A stretch of DNA of 64,000 nucleotides from an uncultured Thermoleophilia bacterium (GCA_963715985.1 CAVQSP010000014.1:128001-192000); one strand, 5' to 3'; positions 8,949 to 19,253 are shown, numbered from the stretch's first letter. Numbers and translations are program-made. The notes: generated by a model not told the origin, from the letters alone.

Positions 8949-10538
8949 GTGACGGCGTGGTCCCCCCTTCGGTACCGCATCTACCGCGATCTGTGGATCG
9001 CCCTGCTCGTCTCCAACATCGGCACCTGGATGCAGACGGTGGGGGCGGCGTGGCTCATGCTGGAGCTCAACGCCTCGCCGGCCGTCGTCGCGCTCGTGCA
9101 GACGGCCACGTACCTCCCGGTGCTGTTCGTGGGCATCGCGGCCGGCGCGCTGGCGGACCTCGTCGACCGGCGGCGGATGCTGCTCGTCACGCAGGGGTTC
9201 ATGCTCATCGCGGCGGTGTCGCTGGCCGTGGTCACGGCCACGGGCGCCGTCACGCCGGTCATCCTGCTCGCGCTCACCTTCGCCTTCGGGCTGGGCAGTG
9301 CGCTGAGCTTCCCCGCCTGGCAGGCCATCCAGCCTGAGCTCGTGCCCGCGGGCGAGTTCCGCCAGGCCCTCACGCTGGGCAGCGCCAACCAGAACATCGG
9401 TCGCGCCATCGGTCCGGCTCTTGGCGGCGTGCTGATCGTCGCCGCCGGGCCGTGGCTCGTGTTCGCCCTCAACGCCGTCTCGTTCGTGGTCGTGCTGTTC
9501 GTGCTGATGCGCTGGCGGCGGGAGACCGACGAGGGCGCCGGCCCGCCGGAGGCGTTCGCCGGCGCCATCCGCGCGGGGGTGCGGCACGCGGCCTTCTCCC
9601 ACGTCCTGCAGGGAGTGGTGGTCCGCGCCCTCGCCTTCGGCCTCGCGAGCGCCGGGCTGATGTCGCTGCTGCCGGTGTACGCGCGGGACGTGCTCGGCGT
9701 GGGCTCCGGCGGCCTCGGCCTGCTGTACGCCGGCTTCGGCGTGGGGGCGGTGGCGGTGGCCGTCTTCCTGCCACGCCTGCGCGCGCGGTTCAGCGCCGAC
9801 CGTGTGTTCGCGCTCGGCACCGGCGTCGTGGCGGCGGCGCTCGTCGCGCTGGCTCTCGTGCACGGGATGGCGGCCGCCCTGGTGGTGAGCTTCGTCGCCG
9901 GCGGCGGCTGGCTGGTCTGCCTGTCGGGCCTCATGGTGGCCACGCAGGAGGCCGTGCCGGCGTGGGTGCGGGCGCGCGGCCTGGGCTTCTACCTCACGGC
10001 CATCTCGGCCGGCATCGCGGGCGGCAGCGCCCTCTGGGGCTGGGTGGCCAACCACGCCGGCGTGCAGGCCACGTATGCCTGGGGCGCTCTGGCCCTTGCC
10101 GGCACGCTTGCGCTCGCGCTGCGCTGGCGCTTCGACCGCATCGCCGAGATCGATCTGCGACCGGCGCCAATGTCCGAGACCCGCGAATCCGTGGCCGGCA
10201 CGAGCCCCGACAGCCCGACGCTCGTAGTGGTTGGGTACGAGGTGCTGCCGGAGGCGGAGCAGGACTTCCTCAAGGCGCTCCGCCTGGTCGGCCGCGGGCG
10301 CCGCCGCACCGGGGCCACCGACTGGTCGGTGTACCGCGACGCCGACCGCGAGCACCGCTTCGTGGAGACCTTCGTGCTGTCGTCCTGGGACGAGCACCGG
10401 CGGCAGCACCAGCGGCGCACCGTCACGGATCTGGAGCACCAGGAGGCGCTGCTCGAGTACCTGCGCCCCGGCAGCGCCCCGACGGCGAGGCACTTCGTGG
10501 CGCCGTCCGGCCCCTCGATGCGGCTGTGGACGTTCTGA
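8949..10538 (+). CDS. MFS transporter (MFS_3/DUF894 type) with soluble C-terminal domain
   Basis: SNIGTWMQTVGAAWLM, GALADLVDRRR, SWDEHRRQHQR. Confidence 0.92.
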   Translation: MTAWSPLRYRIYRDLWIALLVSNIGTWMQTVGAAWLMLELNASPAVVALVQTATYLPVLFVGIAAGALADLVDRRRMLLVTQGFMLIAAVSLAVVTATGAVTPVILLALTFAFGLGSALSFPAWQAIQPELVPAGEFRQALTLGSANQNIGRAIGPALGGVLIVAAGPWLVFALNAVSFVVVLFVLMRWRRETDEGAGPPEAFAGAIRAGVRHAAFSHVLQGVVVRALAFGLASAGLMSLLPVYARDVLGVGSGGLGLLYAGFGVGAVAVAVFLPRLRARFSADRVFALGTGVVAAALVALALVHGMAAALVVSFVAGGGWLVCLSGLMVATQEAVPAWVRARGLGFYLTAISAGIAGGSALWGWVANHAGVQATYAWGALALAGTLALALRWRFDRIAEIDLRPAPMSETRESVAGTSPDSPTLVVVGYEVLPEAEQDFLKALRLVGRGRRRTGATDWSVYRDADREHRFVETFVLSSWDEHRRQHQRRTVTDLEHQEALLEYLRPGSAPTARHFVAPSGPSMRLWTF

Positions 10539-10557
10539 GCGCCGGCGCCGCTCCGGG

Positions 10558-11142
10558 TCAGGGCCCCAGCACGGCGTAGAGGGCGTCCGCGAACCCCATC
10601 GTCAGCAGGTGCCGCGTCGCCTCGTGGCGCAGCATGTACGGGTCGGCCTGCTCGCCCAGCCGCACGCGATCGAGAGCGTCCGCATCCTTGAGCAGCCAGA
10701 GGACGCGGAGAGCGCGCTCGTCGCCGGGCCGCGAAGGGTCGTCGGCGCTCGCGCGCGCCTCGTGGTCGGGGAGGGAGTGGAACCGCACGGCGAAGAGGAC
10801 GGCGGCGGCGTCCGCCGGGGCCAGCCCTCGGGTCAGACCGAGATGCTCGGCGCGGGTCGCGCTCTTGGCCCCGTGCGCGTCGTCGACGCCGTCGTCCGTG
10901 CGTCCGATGTCGTGCCACAGCGCGGCGGACAGCGCGAGGTCCGTGTCGCCGGCATCCCAGCCGAGGGCGCTCGTCAGCCGCTGAGCGTGCACGTGGACGC
11001 GCTGCGTGTGGCTCACGCCGTGGAGCCGGGAGTGCCGGCGAAACCACTTCTCCGGCACCGTCGGGGCGAGCGCAGCCCAAGCCGCGGCCTCCACCCTGCG
11101 GCCGGCCGCTTCGTGACTCACACCGTAGGGATCCGCGCTCAC
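10558..11142 (-). CDS. HD-domain phosphohydrolase
   Basis: HGVSHTQRV...WHDIGR...HGAKSA...KDADALDRVR. Confidence 0.85.
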   Translation of the reverse strand: MSADPYGVSHEAAGRRVEAAAWAALAPTVPEKWFRRHSRLHGVSHTQRVHVHAQRLTSALGWDAGDTDLALSAALWHDIGRTDDGVDDAHGAKSATRAEHLGLTRGLAPADAAAVLFAVRFHSLPDHEARASADDPSRPGDERALRVLWLLKDADALDRVRLGEQADPYMLRHEATRHLLTMGFADALYAVLGP

Positions 11143-11143
11143 G

Positions 11144-12906
11144 CTACTCCAGCCCCAGGTGCGCCAATGCCTGCGCCAGCGCGCCGGTCTCGAGGCAGAG
11201 GGCGGCGGCCGCGTCCTCGAGGCTGAGCCGGCCGTCGCGCACGGCGGCGAGCGCCCAGGCGCGCATGGCGGCCGGCACGCGCAGCACGGCCGGCTCACCG
11301 AACGACCCGGGCGGCAGCACCTCCTGCGGGGTGAGGTGCGCGAGCGTGTCGCGCACGCCGCCCAGGAAGGCCTGCCGCGGCAACAGCTGCCACTCGTCGC
11401 GGCGCATCTCCCGGCGCAGCAGCGAGAACTGGCGCGGTGAGAGGCGGCCGGCGGCTCTGGTGCGGAACAGGGACGCCCAGGCGCTGATGCCGAAGGCGTT
11501 GCCCAGCTCGAGGAGGGTGTCCAGGGTCGGGTTCTTCGGCAGGTCGGGGCGGCGTGCGTACCAGCGCTCGACGGCGCGCACCGGCGCGAGGAGCTCCTCC
11601 GCGAAGTCGTTGGCGGCCGCCTCGCGCGGATTGGCGCGGCTCCAGCCGATGCGCTCGTCGACCACGTCGCCGTGCGCCAGCATGAGGTGGGCGAAGCCGT
11701 GGGCGAGCGCGAACCGCTGCAGCACGACCGGGCGCGCGGCGTTGACGAAGAGGAACGGTACCCCATCGGTGACGAACGCGGCGGCCACGGGACGGAGCGC
11801 CGATCCCGTCGCCGACGGCTGGTCGTCCGCAGGTGAGGTGGCCGGCGCGCGCTCCTCGTGCGCCACGCGCGCCACGATGATCTGGATGCCGAGCCCGTCT
11901 TCGAGCAGCGGGACCAGGTCGGGCAGCGGGCCGTCGTCCGGGTCCACGTGCAGCTCGCTGCGCCAGAAGCGGGCGACGCGGTCGTAGAGAGCATCGCCCG
12001 TGCCGGGAGTCGTGGCGGGTGGTCGCCACGGCTGGGGGGAGTACGCCGGCTTGCCTTCGGCGGTCTGTCCCGTGCTCCAGAGGAGCGTGGGGCTCGGCCT
12101 CACGGCGAGCGCTCGCAAGGCGAACCAGTCGCGCACCACGCCGGCGATGGCGGAGGACCACTCGCCGGCGGCGGGAGCCGGCGCCGCCGAGAAGGAGGGT
12201 GCTTGCGACGGCGGCTCCGCGCCGAACGCCGTCTGCCGCTCCCGGTGGACGCGTGCGAGCGGCGGGACGGAAGGAGCCGCCCGGCGCAGGAGCAGCCGAG
12301 CCGGCGACGGCGACGGCTGTTCGTCCCAGGAAGTCGGCATCCGCCGGGCGGCGGATCCGATGTCGCCATGCTCGCGCGAGAGGCCGTAGGCGAAGCCGTG
12401 GACCTGCGGCTCGACGGCCTCGAAGTCCCCTTCCTCCCGAGAGAACGCACGAGCTGCCGGCGTCATGGGCAGATCCAGGGCCGGGCTCGCGCCTCCTGAG
12501 GCGCCGGCGGCGGCCTCGAGTCAGGGCCCTCTTCGCCGCCGCTCGCCTCGGCCGGCGCCGGCCCGGTGGCCTGCCGGATCGCGGACTGCAGCCGCAGTTC
12601 CTCCGGTGAGCCCGTTGGCGCCGAGGTCTCGCCCGGGGCCTGCGCGACGGAGGGCACCGTCCACGCCTGAGGCGGCGCGGACTCCGTCGCCGCCCTGCTC
12701 GTGAGCAGTTGGTCGGCGGAGACGCTGAAGAGGTCGGCGAGGCGCTGCAGCTCAGAGGCCGAGACGCGCCGGCGGCCGGCCTCGATGCGGCTCACGGCCG
12801 ACTGGTCGAGACCCACGGCCTTGGCGAGCTCCCGCTGGCTCCAGCCCTGCTGTTCGCGCAGGCCGGCGATGAGGCTGCCGATGCTCGCCTGATGCTCATC
12901 GCGCAT
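11144..12906 (-). CDS. XRE HTH + ImmA/IrrE-like domain protein, probably one gene split by a frameshift near 12520
   Basis: HTH SQRELAKAVGLDQSAVSRIEAG; RFALAHGFAH and EAAANDFAEELLAP; the downstream frame reads LEAAAGASGGASPALDLPM before its ATG. Confidence 0.75.
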
Positions 12907-12994
12907 CGGTTCCGTCTCCTTCGGTCGCTACACTGACTGCATCAGTGTACGTCATCGCTGCGCCTCATTCCTTCGTGTGGGCGGAGCCATGAGC

Positions 12995-13024
12995 TTGACG
13001 ATGATGTTATTATTACATCAGACT
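12995..13024 (+). promoter_or_regulatory. Promoter with palindromic operator in the spacer
   Basis: TTGACG-N18-CAGACT; TGATGT-N7-ACATCA at 13002-13020 in the AT-rich divergent intergenic region. Confidence 0.6.
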
Positions 13025-13168
13025 GTGGAATAGAAACACAACACACGATGTCACTGTGGCATTGATTGCGTAGTCGTCACCGCCGCAGGTATCAGAGACA
13101 CGATGCAAGCCAACAGCCGCTCGTCGCACGGCCGGACCGGCGAGCGGCTCACACCATGGAGGTGGATC

Positions 13169-14224
13169 ATGGCCGATCAGCACGACACGTACACAGGCGC
13201 CACGCTGGTGCAGGCGCTGCGGCTCGGCGAGCGACAGGCTCACGGGCCGCTCGCCGTCTTCCCGCTCTTCCTGGAGCGGCATGGGGAGGGTCACGGGCGC
13301 CCGCACTTCATCACGCTGAGGCAGGCTCTCGGTGAGGGGCGCGCCCTCATCACCGAGGTCGACGAGGGCGGCTCGGTGCCGGAACTGCGTGTGGTCAACA
13401 AGGGCGACGCGCGCCTCCTCATCGTGGACGGTGAGGAGCTCCGCGGGGCCAAGCAGAACCGCGTGCTCAACACCAGCATCCTCGTCGACCACTTCGCCAC
13501 CATCGTCGTCCCCGTGAGCTGCACCGAGCGGGGGCGCTGGTCCTACGCCACGCGCGAGTTCGCCGAGAGCGAGATCGTCGCCGAGCGGCAGGTACGGTAC
13601 GCCATGCGCGAGACCACCCAAGCCTCTCTCGTGCGCGGGGCCGGCCACCTTGCCGATCAAGGAGAGGTGTGGAGCGAGGTCGACGCCATGCACGCCCGCC
13701 AGCACACCGCCTCGCCCACGAGTGCCATGCGCGACGCGTACCAGTACAAGAAGCGCGACCTGGATGCCGTCATCGCCGCCTTCCCGCTGCAGGCGGAGCA
13801 GAACGGCGTGCTCGTTCTGCACGGCGACCGCGTGGTGGGGCTGGACCTCGTCTCGCGCTCGCCCCAGTACGGCGAGCTCCACGAGAAGCTGCTGCGGAGC
13901 TACGCCTTCGAGGCGCTCGTCAGCGACGGCGAGCCCGGCGACCGCGCCGTCGCCGACGCCTTCCTCGAACGCATCGCCGGCCTGTCCGGCCGGCGCTTCA
14001 AGAGCCCCGGCCTCGGCTGGGACGTGCGCTTCGAGGGCGCCGGGGTGCTTGGCTCGGCCCTCGTGTACCGCGGCCGTACCGTTCACGCCGCCTTCTTCGA
14101 CGTCGGCGGCGCCATCGGCCACACGGGCGACGTCGCGGGCACTGCCGGCGAGGGCCGGCCGCGCGTCATGGACTGGCGCATCGCCGACGCCCGCGAGCGC
14201 GCTCGCCGCAGGGGCATGCGCTGA
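13169..14224 (+). CDS. ARPP-1 (DUF6569)-like protein
   Basis: GGAGGT RBS; TEVDEGGSVPELRVVN, GEELRGAKQNRVLN, PVSCTERGRW. Confidence 0.8.
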   Translation: MADQHDTYTGATLVQALRLGERQAHGPLAVFPLFLERHGEGHGRPHFITLRQALGEGRALITEVDEGGSVPELRVVNKGDARLLIVDGEELRGAKQNRVLNTSILVDHFATIVVPVSCTERGRWSYATREFAESEIVAERQVRYAMRETTQASLVRGAGHLADQGEVWSEVDAMHARQHTASPTSAMRDAYQYKKRDLDAVIAAFPLQAEQNGVLVLHGDRVVGLDLVSRSPQYGELHEKLLRSYAFEALVSDGEPGDRAVADAFLERIAGLSGRRFKSPGLGWDVRFEGAGVLGSALVYRGRTVHAAFFDVGGAIGHTGDVAGTAGEGRPRVMDWRIADARERARRRGMR

Positions 14225-14260
14225 CCGGCACGTCGCCGGTCCGATCAGAGAGGAGACACC

Positions 14261-15109
14261 ATGCCGAAGAACAGGGACGATCGCGAGAAGGCCTACAGGG
14301 CCGCGGCCGCCATCACGCGCGAGCAGCTCAGGCGCGACGCGCCGGAGCGGGCCCGCGCCCTCGACGAGGTCGAGAAGAGCGACGTCGTGGTGGTCGCCGG
14401 CACCTACGACCACGTGGAGTCCGTGCTGTAGGCGCTGGACGTGCCGCACACGGTGATCTACGTCGGCGCCGTGGACCGGCTTCGGCTGCGCCCCGAGCAG
14501 CTGCTCATCGTCAACTGCCCGGGCCAGGTCTCGCCGCGGGGCGTCACCCGCATCCGCCGCTTCGTGGAGGAGGGCGGCAGCCTGTTCACCACCGACTGGG
14601 CGCTCAAGTACGTGGTTGAGCCGGCGTTCCCGGGTGTGCTCGCCTTCCAGAAATCGCCGACCGCCGACGATGTGGTGCGCATCGAGGTCAACGACCACGA
14701 CAACATCTACCTGCAGGGCGTACTGGACGGCCAGGACGATCCGCAGTGGTGGCTGGAGGGCTCCTCGTATCCCATCACCATCCTCGACCCGGAGCGCGTG
14801 CAGGTGCTCATCACCAGCCGCGAGCTCGGCGAGAAGTACGGAGAGACCCCTGTGGCCGTGTGGTTCCGCTGGGGCGAGGGCGATGTGTTCCACATGATCA
14901 GCCACTACTACCTGCAGCGCACCGAACTGCGCACGGCGCGGCACCAGAGTGCCGCCGCCGGCTACTTCGCGGAGAAGGGCGTGGCGATGAGCCAGGCCAT
15001 GGTCCGCGAGTACGCCGACCTCAGTCTGGCCGACGTCGAGTCGGCCAAGCCTTCGGCCGCCTTCATGGCCAATGTGATCATCGAGAAGAGGCGGAGGCGG
15101 AAGCCCTGA
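14261..15109 (+). CDS. Hypothetical (class I GATase-like fold?) with in-frame TAG at codon 57
   Basis: AGGAG RBS + ATG 14261; TAG at 14429-14431; same frame continues ALDVPHTV...IVNCPG...FVEEGGSLFTTDWA. Confidence 0.75.
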
Positions 15110-15197
15110 ACGTCGCTGCGGACACGGGCTGCGCCCGACAAGGCTGAGCGGCGGAGCCCGACCCGTGAGGCACCGAAGGACCGTCGCCGTCAACGGG

Positions 15198-15234
15198 ACG
15201 GGGCGGCGGGGCGCTGTGCGCCCCGCCGCCCCGT
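15198..15234. terminator. Hairpin between convergent genes
   Basis: 17-bp perfect stem with TGT loop. Confidence 0.75.
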
Positions 15235-15256
15235 TTCAGGCGCTGCATGTGGTCTT

Positions 15257-15454
15257 TCAGGCTACGTTCTCGTGCTCGTCACGCATGTGGTCAAGCCACG
15301 TCGCGCAGGCCATGAACTCCTCGTCGCAGGTCACGCAGCGGTACTTCTCCGCCTCGTGCGACTCGGCGTGCGCGGTCTTGATGTGGTGCTCGAGGACGTG
15401 GAACGTATCGAACTCCGCTTTGCAGTGAGGGCAGGGATACATCTGCATGCTCAT
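15257..15454 (-). CDS. Tandem C2H2 zinc-finger mini-protein
   Basis: Two Y-x-C-x2-C-x3-F-x8-H-x4-H units; AAAGGGGG RBS. Confidence 0.85.
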   Translation of the reverse strand: MSMQMYPCPHCKAEFDTFHVLEHHIKTAHAESHEAEKYRCVTCDEEFMACATWLDHMRDEHENVA

Positions 15455-15612
15455 CGCCGGGCCCCCCTTTCGTTTGGTGGGTAAACACCAAGCGCGTAGT
15501 TTTTACCCACCTATGCCCGGCCTGACACTACGAAACTCGCACGCCATGCGGCCGACAACGACGCCGGGCGCAGACAAGCGGGGACACTCTAGATTGAACG
15601 AAGGGAGCTGGG

Positions 15613-16164
15613 ATGGCTGAAGAGCGCACAGGGCCGCCGCCGGCGGAGCTCGTGGCGAGGATGCGGGTGGCGGAGGGCGACATCACGCGCCTGTGCGTGG
15701 ACGCGATCGTCAACGCCGCCAACGAGTCGCTGCTCGGCGGAGGCGGCGTGGACGGCGCCATCCACCGGGCCGCCGGACCGGAGCTGCTGGCGGAGTGTCG
15801 GTCCCTCGGCGGCTGCCCGACCGGCGAGGCGCGCATCACGGGTGGCTACGCTCTGCCTTCGCGCCACGTCATACACACGGTGGGGCCGGTATGGAAAGGC
15901 GGGGGCCGCGGCGAGCCCGATCTGCTGCGCTCGTGCTACACGGAGTCGCTGCGCCTGGCGGCCGAGTCGGACCTCGAGACCATCGCGTTCCCCGGCATCT
16001 CCACAGGCGTGTACGGCTATCCCGACGATCGCGCCTGCGACGAGGCCGTGAGCGCCGTCGCCGCCTGGCTCGCCGCGCACGAGCTGCCGCGCACCGTCAC
16101 CTTCTGCTGCTTCAGCGACCGGGCCGCCGGCCTCTATCGCCGCCGGCTCGGCCTCGTGAGCTGA
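15613..16164 (+). CDS. Macrodomain O-acetyl-ADP-ribose deacetylase (YmdB-like)
   Basis: GDIT...[24 protein letters not shown]...HTVGP...[10 protein letters not shown]. Confidence 0.95.
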   Translation: MAEERTGPPPAELVARMRVAEGDITRLCVDAIVNAANESLLGGGGVDGAIHRAAGPELLAECRSLGGCPTGEARITGGYALPSRHVIHTVGPVWKGGGRGEPDLLRSCYTESLRLAAESDLETIAFPGISTGVYGYPDDRACDEAVSAVAAWLAAHELPRTVTFCCFSDRAAGLYRRRLGLVS

Positions 16165-16223
16165 AGGGGGCTGCAGCGACGCCGGCGGGGCCGGTGCCCG
16201 TCCCCGCGGCCTCGCGTCCAGAG

Positions 16224-16270
16224 TGCATGCGCGCATGCATGGTTGACAGCATGCGATTGTGAACTACGCT
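16224..16270 (+). promoter_or_regulatory. TA promoter with GCATGC operator repeats
   Basis: TGCATGC-GC-GCATGCA palindrome; TTGACA-N16-TACGCT. Confidence 0.55.
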
Positions 16271-16330
16271 GAGCTTGCACCGGGTCGCGTCGCGGCCCAG
16301 ACCCAGATCATGGAGCACGGAGCCGCCGTC

Positions 16331-16573
16331 ATGAGCCGCACGCCGACACGACCGGTCCAGGTCCGCCTGCCGGAGTCACTGGACGACTTCCTCAGCGGTC
16401 TCGCCGACGAGCGCGGGGAGAGCAAGACGCGGATCGTCGTCGAGGCGCTCGAGTGCCTGCGGCAGCAGCTGCTGGAGCGCCGCATGGAGGCCGGCTATCG
16501 TGTGCTGGCCGGCGAGCAGGATCACCTGGTGCGGGCCGGCCTGGAGGCAGCCCTGCCGGCAGTTCCGCAGTGA
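16331..16573 (+). CDS. Ribbon-helix-helix antitoxin
   Basis: VQVRLPESL...ESKTRIVVEAL; directly upstream of MazF. Confidence 0.8.
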   Translation: MSRTPTRPVQVRLPESLDDFLSGLADERGESKTRIVVEALECLRQQLLERRMEAGYRVLAGEQDHLVRAGLEAALPAVPQ

Positions 16574-16576
16574 GTC

Positions 16577-16918
16577 ATGCCGGAGGGGGATCCCCAGGTC
16601 GTTCCACGTCGCGGCGAGGTGTACTGGGTCACGTTCGCCGCGCCCGTCGGCCGCCGCCCTGTACTCATCGTTCAGAACGACGTCGGTAACCGGGCCTCGT
16701 CGAGCACCATCGTGGCTCACGTCTCGGCGACCCCTCGACCCGACTATCCCTTCCTCGTGGCTCTTGACGCCTCCGAGCTGGGCAAACCCGCGTGTGTGCA
16801 CTGCGAGACGATCAACACCATCCCCGTCTCGCTGCTCGAGGACCGGCTCGGCGCGCTGACGCCCGCGGCCATGGGCCGGGTCGACGAGGCGCTGCGACTC
16901 TCCCTCCGTCTCGGCTAG
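16577..16918 (+). CDS. mazF: PemK/MazF family toxin
   Basis: RRGEVYW...RPVLIVQND...LGAL. Confidence 0.9.
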   Translation: MPEGDPQVVPRRGEVYWVTFAAPVGRRPVLIVQNDVGNRASSSTIVAHVSATPRPDYPFLVALDASELGKPACVHCETINTIPVSLLEDRLGALTPAAMGRVDEALRLSLRLG

Positions 16919-16967
16919 GCCGCCGCCGGCCTGCGGCGAGCGGCGGCCCTCAGCCCTCAGCCGTGCG

Positions 16968-18458
16968 TCACAGCGGATCTGCCTTGAACACCGTCCACGG
17001 TTGCGTGGGACGGTCGTCCAGGTAGCCGTCCAGGTACTCCCATTGCGGATGCGCGGCGAAGAAGTCCGCGGCCACGAACGGCGCGCCGCACGAGCGGCCC
17101 CAGCGCGCCGAGAAGCTCAACTGCGTCGCCATGTCGCCGTCCATGACCTTGCCGTCCAGACAACCTTGCGGCGAGTAGGGACGCCGCGCCTGCCAGTACT
17201 GGAACGGGTCCACGTCGTAGTGGCCGCACACGGTGCGTGAGCAGGGGTTGTCGGCCTTCTCCAGGTACACGTCGTAGTGGTCGGCGAGGATGGTCTTGGC
17301 GACATCGACGTCGATGGACCCCTTGTACTGCTGCATGAGCTGGGTGAGGCGCACGCGCCGTGCCCCGGTCGGGGTCCTGACGTCGAAGAAGGTCGGGTCG
17401 CCGCCGCACTCGAGGTCGCGGATCTTGTCGTCCGTAGCGCCGTTGAAGCCCACGAAGTAGCCGTCGGTGGTGCGCTCGACGCTGTCGTACTTGAGGCCCT
17501 GCTCGAAGCGCATGATCTCGTTGGTGTGCGTGTCCGCCAGCAGCCAGCTGTTGGCGTAGCCGCCGTTGTTGCCGGTGCGCATGATCTGCACCCACTGGTC
17601 GAGCGTGCCGGCGTACTGGGTGGCGCGGCGCATGCGGAAGAACTCCGGCATCTTCCTGGGGTCGTACTTGGCGAAGTTGCCGATCGTGGTCTCGGTGCCC
17701 ACGAGGCCGGCGTCGGTGGCGAAGTAGTCGGTCATGCTGGCGATGCAACCGGGGAAGCCCTGCATGATCATGTGGTGCCCCTGGGAGGGGTCGATGTCGA
17801 GCACCACGTGGGCGAACTGCCCGGTGACGAAGTGGTCCCAGTCGTTGTGGGCCATGACGACCTTGCCGTCCTTCGTGTACGAGCCGGTGGCGATGAAGGC
17901 GCTGCAGTGCTCCCTGTCCACGCCGAGCGTGTAGGCCCCGGATTCGATGCCCGGATACCAGTAGCCGAGCAGCTCCATGTTGCCGTTGATGGCGAGGACC
18001 TCACGCCAGGTCAGCGGGGTGCCGGCACTGGTGGCCCCGGCGGCGATGCCCTTCATCTCCTGGACGTACTCGCTCTGCTTCTTCTTGTCCCAGAGGATCG
18101 AGGCGGCCTTGATGAAGAAGTCCCAGTCGTGACCGGTGTCGATGGGGGTGGTGTACTCGAGCGTGCGCTGGAACTCGCCGATCTCGGCGGCCATGAGGCG
18201 GCCGTGCTGGTACCCGCGCTCGTAGGGCTTGCCCTCGATGTGGACGAAGGTCCAGCCGTTGGCCTCGAAGCGGTAGCCGGCGCCGTACCGGGTCACGTCC
18301 CCGGCGGGGCTGGCGTCGACCTGGGGTGCGGCGGCCTGGACGGTCGTCGTGGCGCCGCCGGCCGGGTCGGCGCCGCGCCACACCAGGGTGGCAGAGAGCG
18401 CCGAGGCCGCCAGGACCACGGCGGCGAGGATCAGCAGTGCTCTGGTCGTCTTCTTCAT
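16968..18458 (-). CDS. Secreted Ntn-hydrolase (C45 peptidase / phospholipase B-like)
   Basis: Signal peptide; YERGYQHG; HCSAF nucleophile motif; NNGGYANSW. Confidence 0.85.
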   Translation of the reverse strand: MKKTTRALLILAAVVLAASALSATLVWRGADPAGGATTTVQAAAPQVDASPAGDVTRYGAGYRFEANGWTFVHIEGKPYERGYQHGRLMAAEIGEFQRTLEYTTPIDTGHDWDFFIKAASILWDKKKQSEYVQEMKGIAAGATSAGTPLTWREVLAINGNMELLGYWYPGIESGAYTLGVDREHCSAFIATGSYTKDGKVVMAHNDWDHFVTGQFAHVVLDIDPSQGHHMIMQGFPGCIASMTDYFATDAGLVGTETTIGNFAKYDPRKMPEFFRMRRATQYAGTLDQWVQIMRTGNNGGYANSWLLADTHTNEIMRFEQGLKYDSVERTTDGYFVGFNGATDDKIRDLECGGDPTFFDVRTPTGARRVRLTQLMQQYKGSIDVDVAKTILADHYDVYLEKADNPCSRTVCGHYDVDPFQYWQARRPYSPQGCLDGKVMDGDMATQLSFSARWGRSCGAPFVAADFFAAHPQWEYLDGYLDDRPTQPWTVFKADPL

Positions 18459-18474
18459 GTGGTCCCTCCCATCA

Positions 18475-18993
18475 CTATGTGCCCCTGTTTGAGGCCGCAT
18501 CGACCGTTGCGGCATCTGCGCGTACGCCGGCGACCCAGCGGCTCCAGCGAGACTCGAAGCGGGTGAACTGCCGCTGCTTGTCCGAGGCGGGCAGCGTGCT
18601 CTGTCGTATGGACTCGAGGGTGAGTTGCTTGAGCGTCGCCAGGTCGAGGCCTCAGGCCGGGTAGGCGACGGCGAAGTCGTCGCTCAGCTCCCCGCTGCCG
18701 AAGATGCCCGGGTCGTCGGAGGACAGGATGCAGTGCACGCCGCGCCGCAGCCGGCCTCTGGCCGGATGGCGGCGCAGGGCCTTCACGTAGCGCACCGCCT
18801 GGTTGCTGATCGGGCAGACCTCCACGCTGACGCCCTGCTCGCGTACGTCGGCCCCCAGCCCGGGGAAGAGGTCCATGTTGCGGCCGTGCCCGATGCGCTC
18901 GACGCCGAGGTCCAGGGCCTCGCCGGCTCGCGATTCATGGACCTGCGTCGCGCCGGATCGCGACCCGCCGGCCTGCGCCGCTCCCGCGCTCAC
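18475..18993 (-). pseudogene. Adenosine deaminase-family C-terminal fragment
   Basis: RIGHG, EVCPISN, SSDDPG, then TGA at 18652, then GLDLATLKQL; N-terminal part missing. Confidence 0.75.
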
Positions 18994-19253
18994 GACGTGC
19001 CGTAGTCGTCGCAGAGCTTCCCTCTGCCGGGCTGGTGCCGCGTTGGCCGCTTGCGGCTCCCGCCGACCGCCTCGAGCCGGGCGTGGCCGAGCCGGTCCAA
19101 CAGGCCGGAGATCTCCGCGGCGCTGCAATCGAAGCCCTCGCCGCGGATGAGCGCCATCCGCTCGTCGACGTCCGCGAGGGCCATCACTCTGGCGCGGAAG
19201 CCGGCGTCGCGGTGTACCCGTTCTATGAACATCCTGGCCTGAGCTGCGGACAT
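18990..19253 (-). CDS. Nif11-like leader peptide precursor
   Basis: MSAAQARMFIERV..D..FR...GF....EI......LEAVGG double-glycine site; GGAGG RBS. Confidence 0.75.
   Translation of the reverse strand: MSAAQARMFIERVHRDAGFRARVMALADVDERMALIRGEGFDCSAAEISGLLDRLGHARLEAVGGSRKRPTRHQPGRGKLCDDYGTS

Noticed and set aside
6758-15193. Long opposite-strand ORFs (e.g. 6758-8980, 8562-10493, 13013-15193) as overlapping genes
   Set aside because: Shadow ORFs typical of very GC-rich DNA, antisense to clearly recognisable genes
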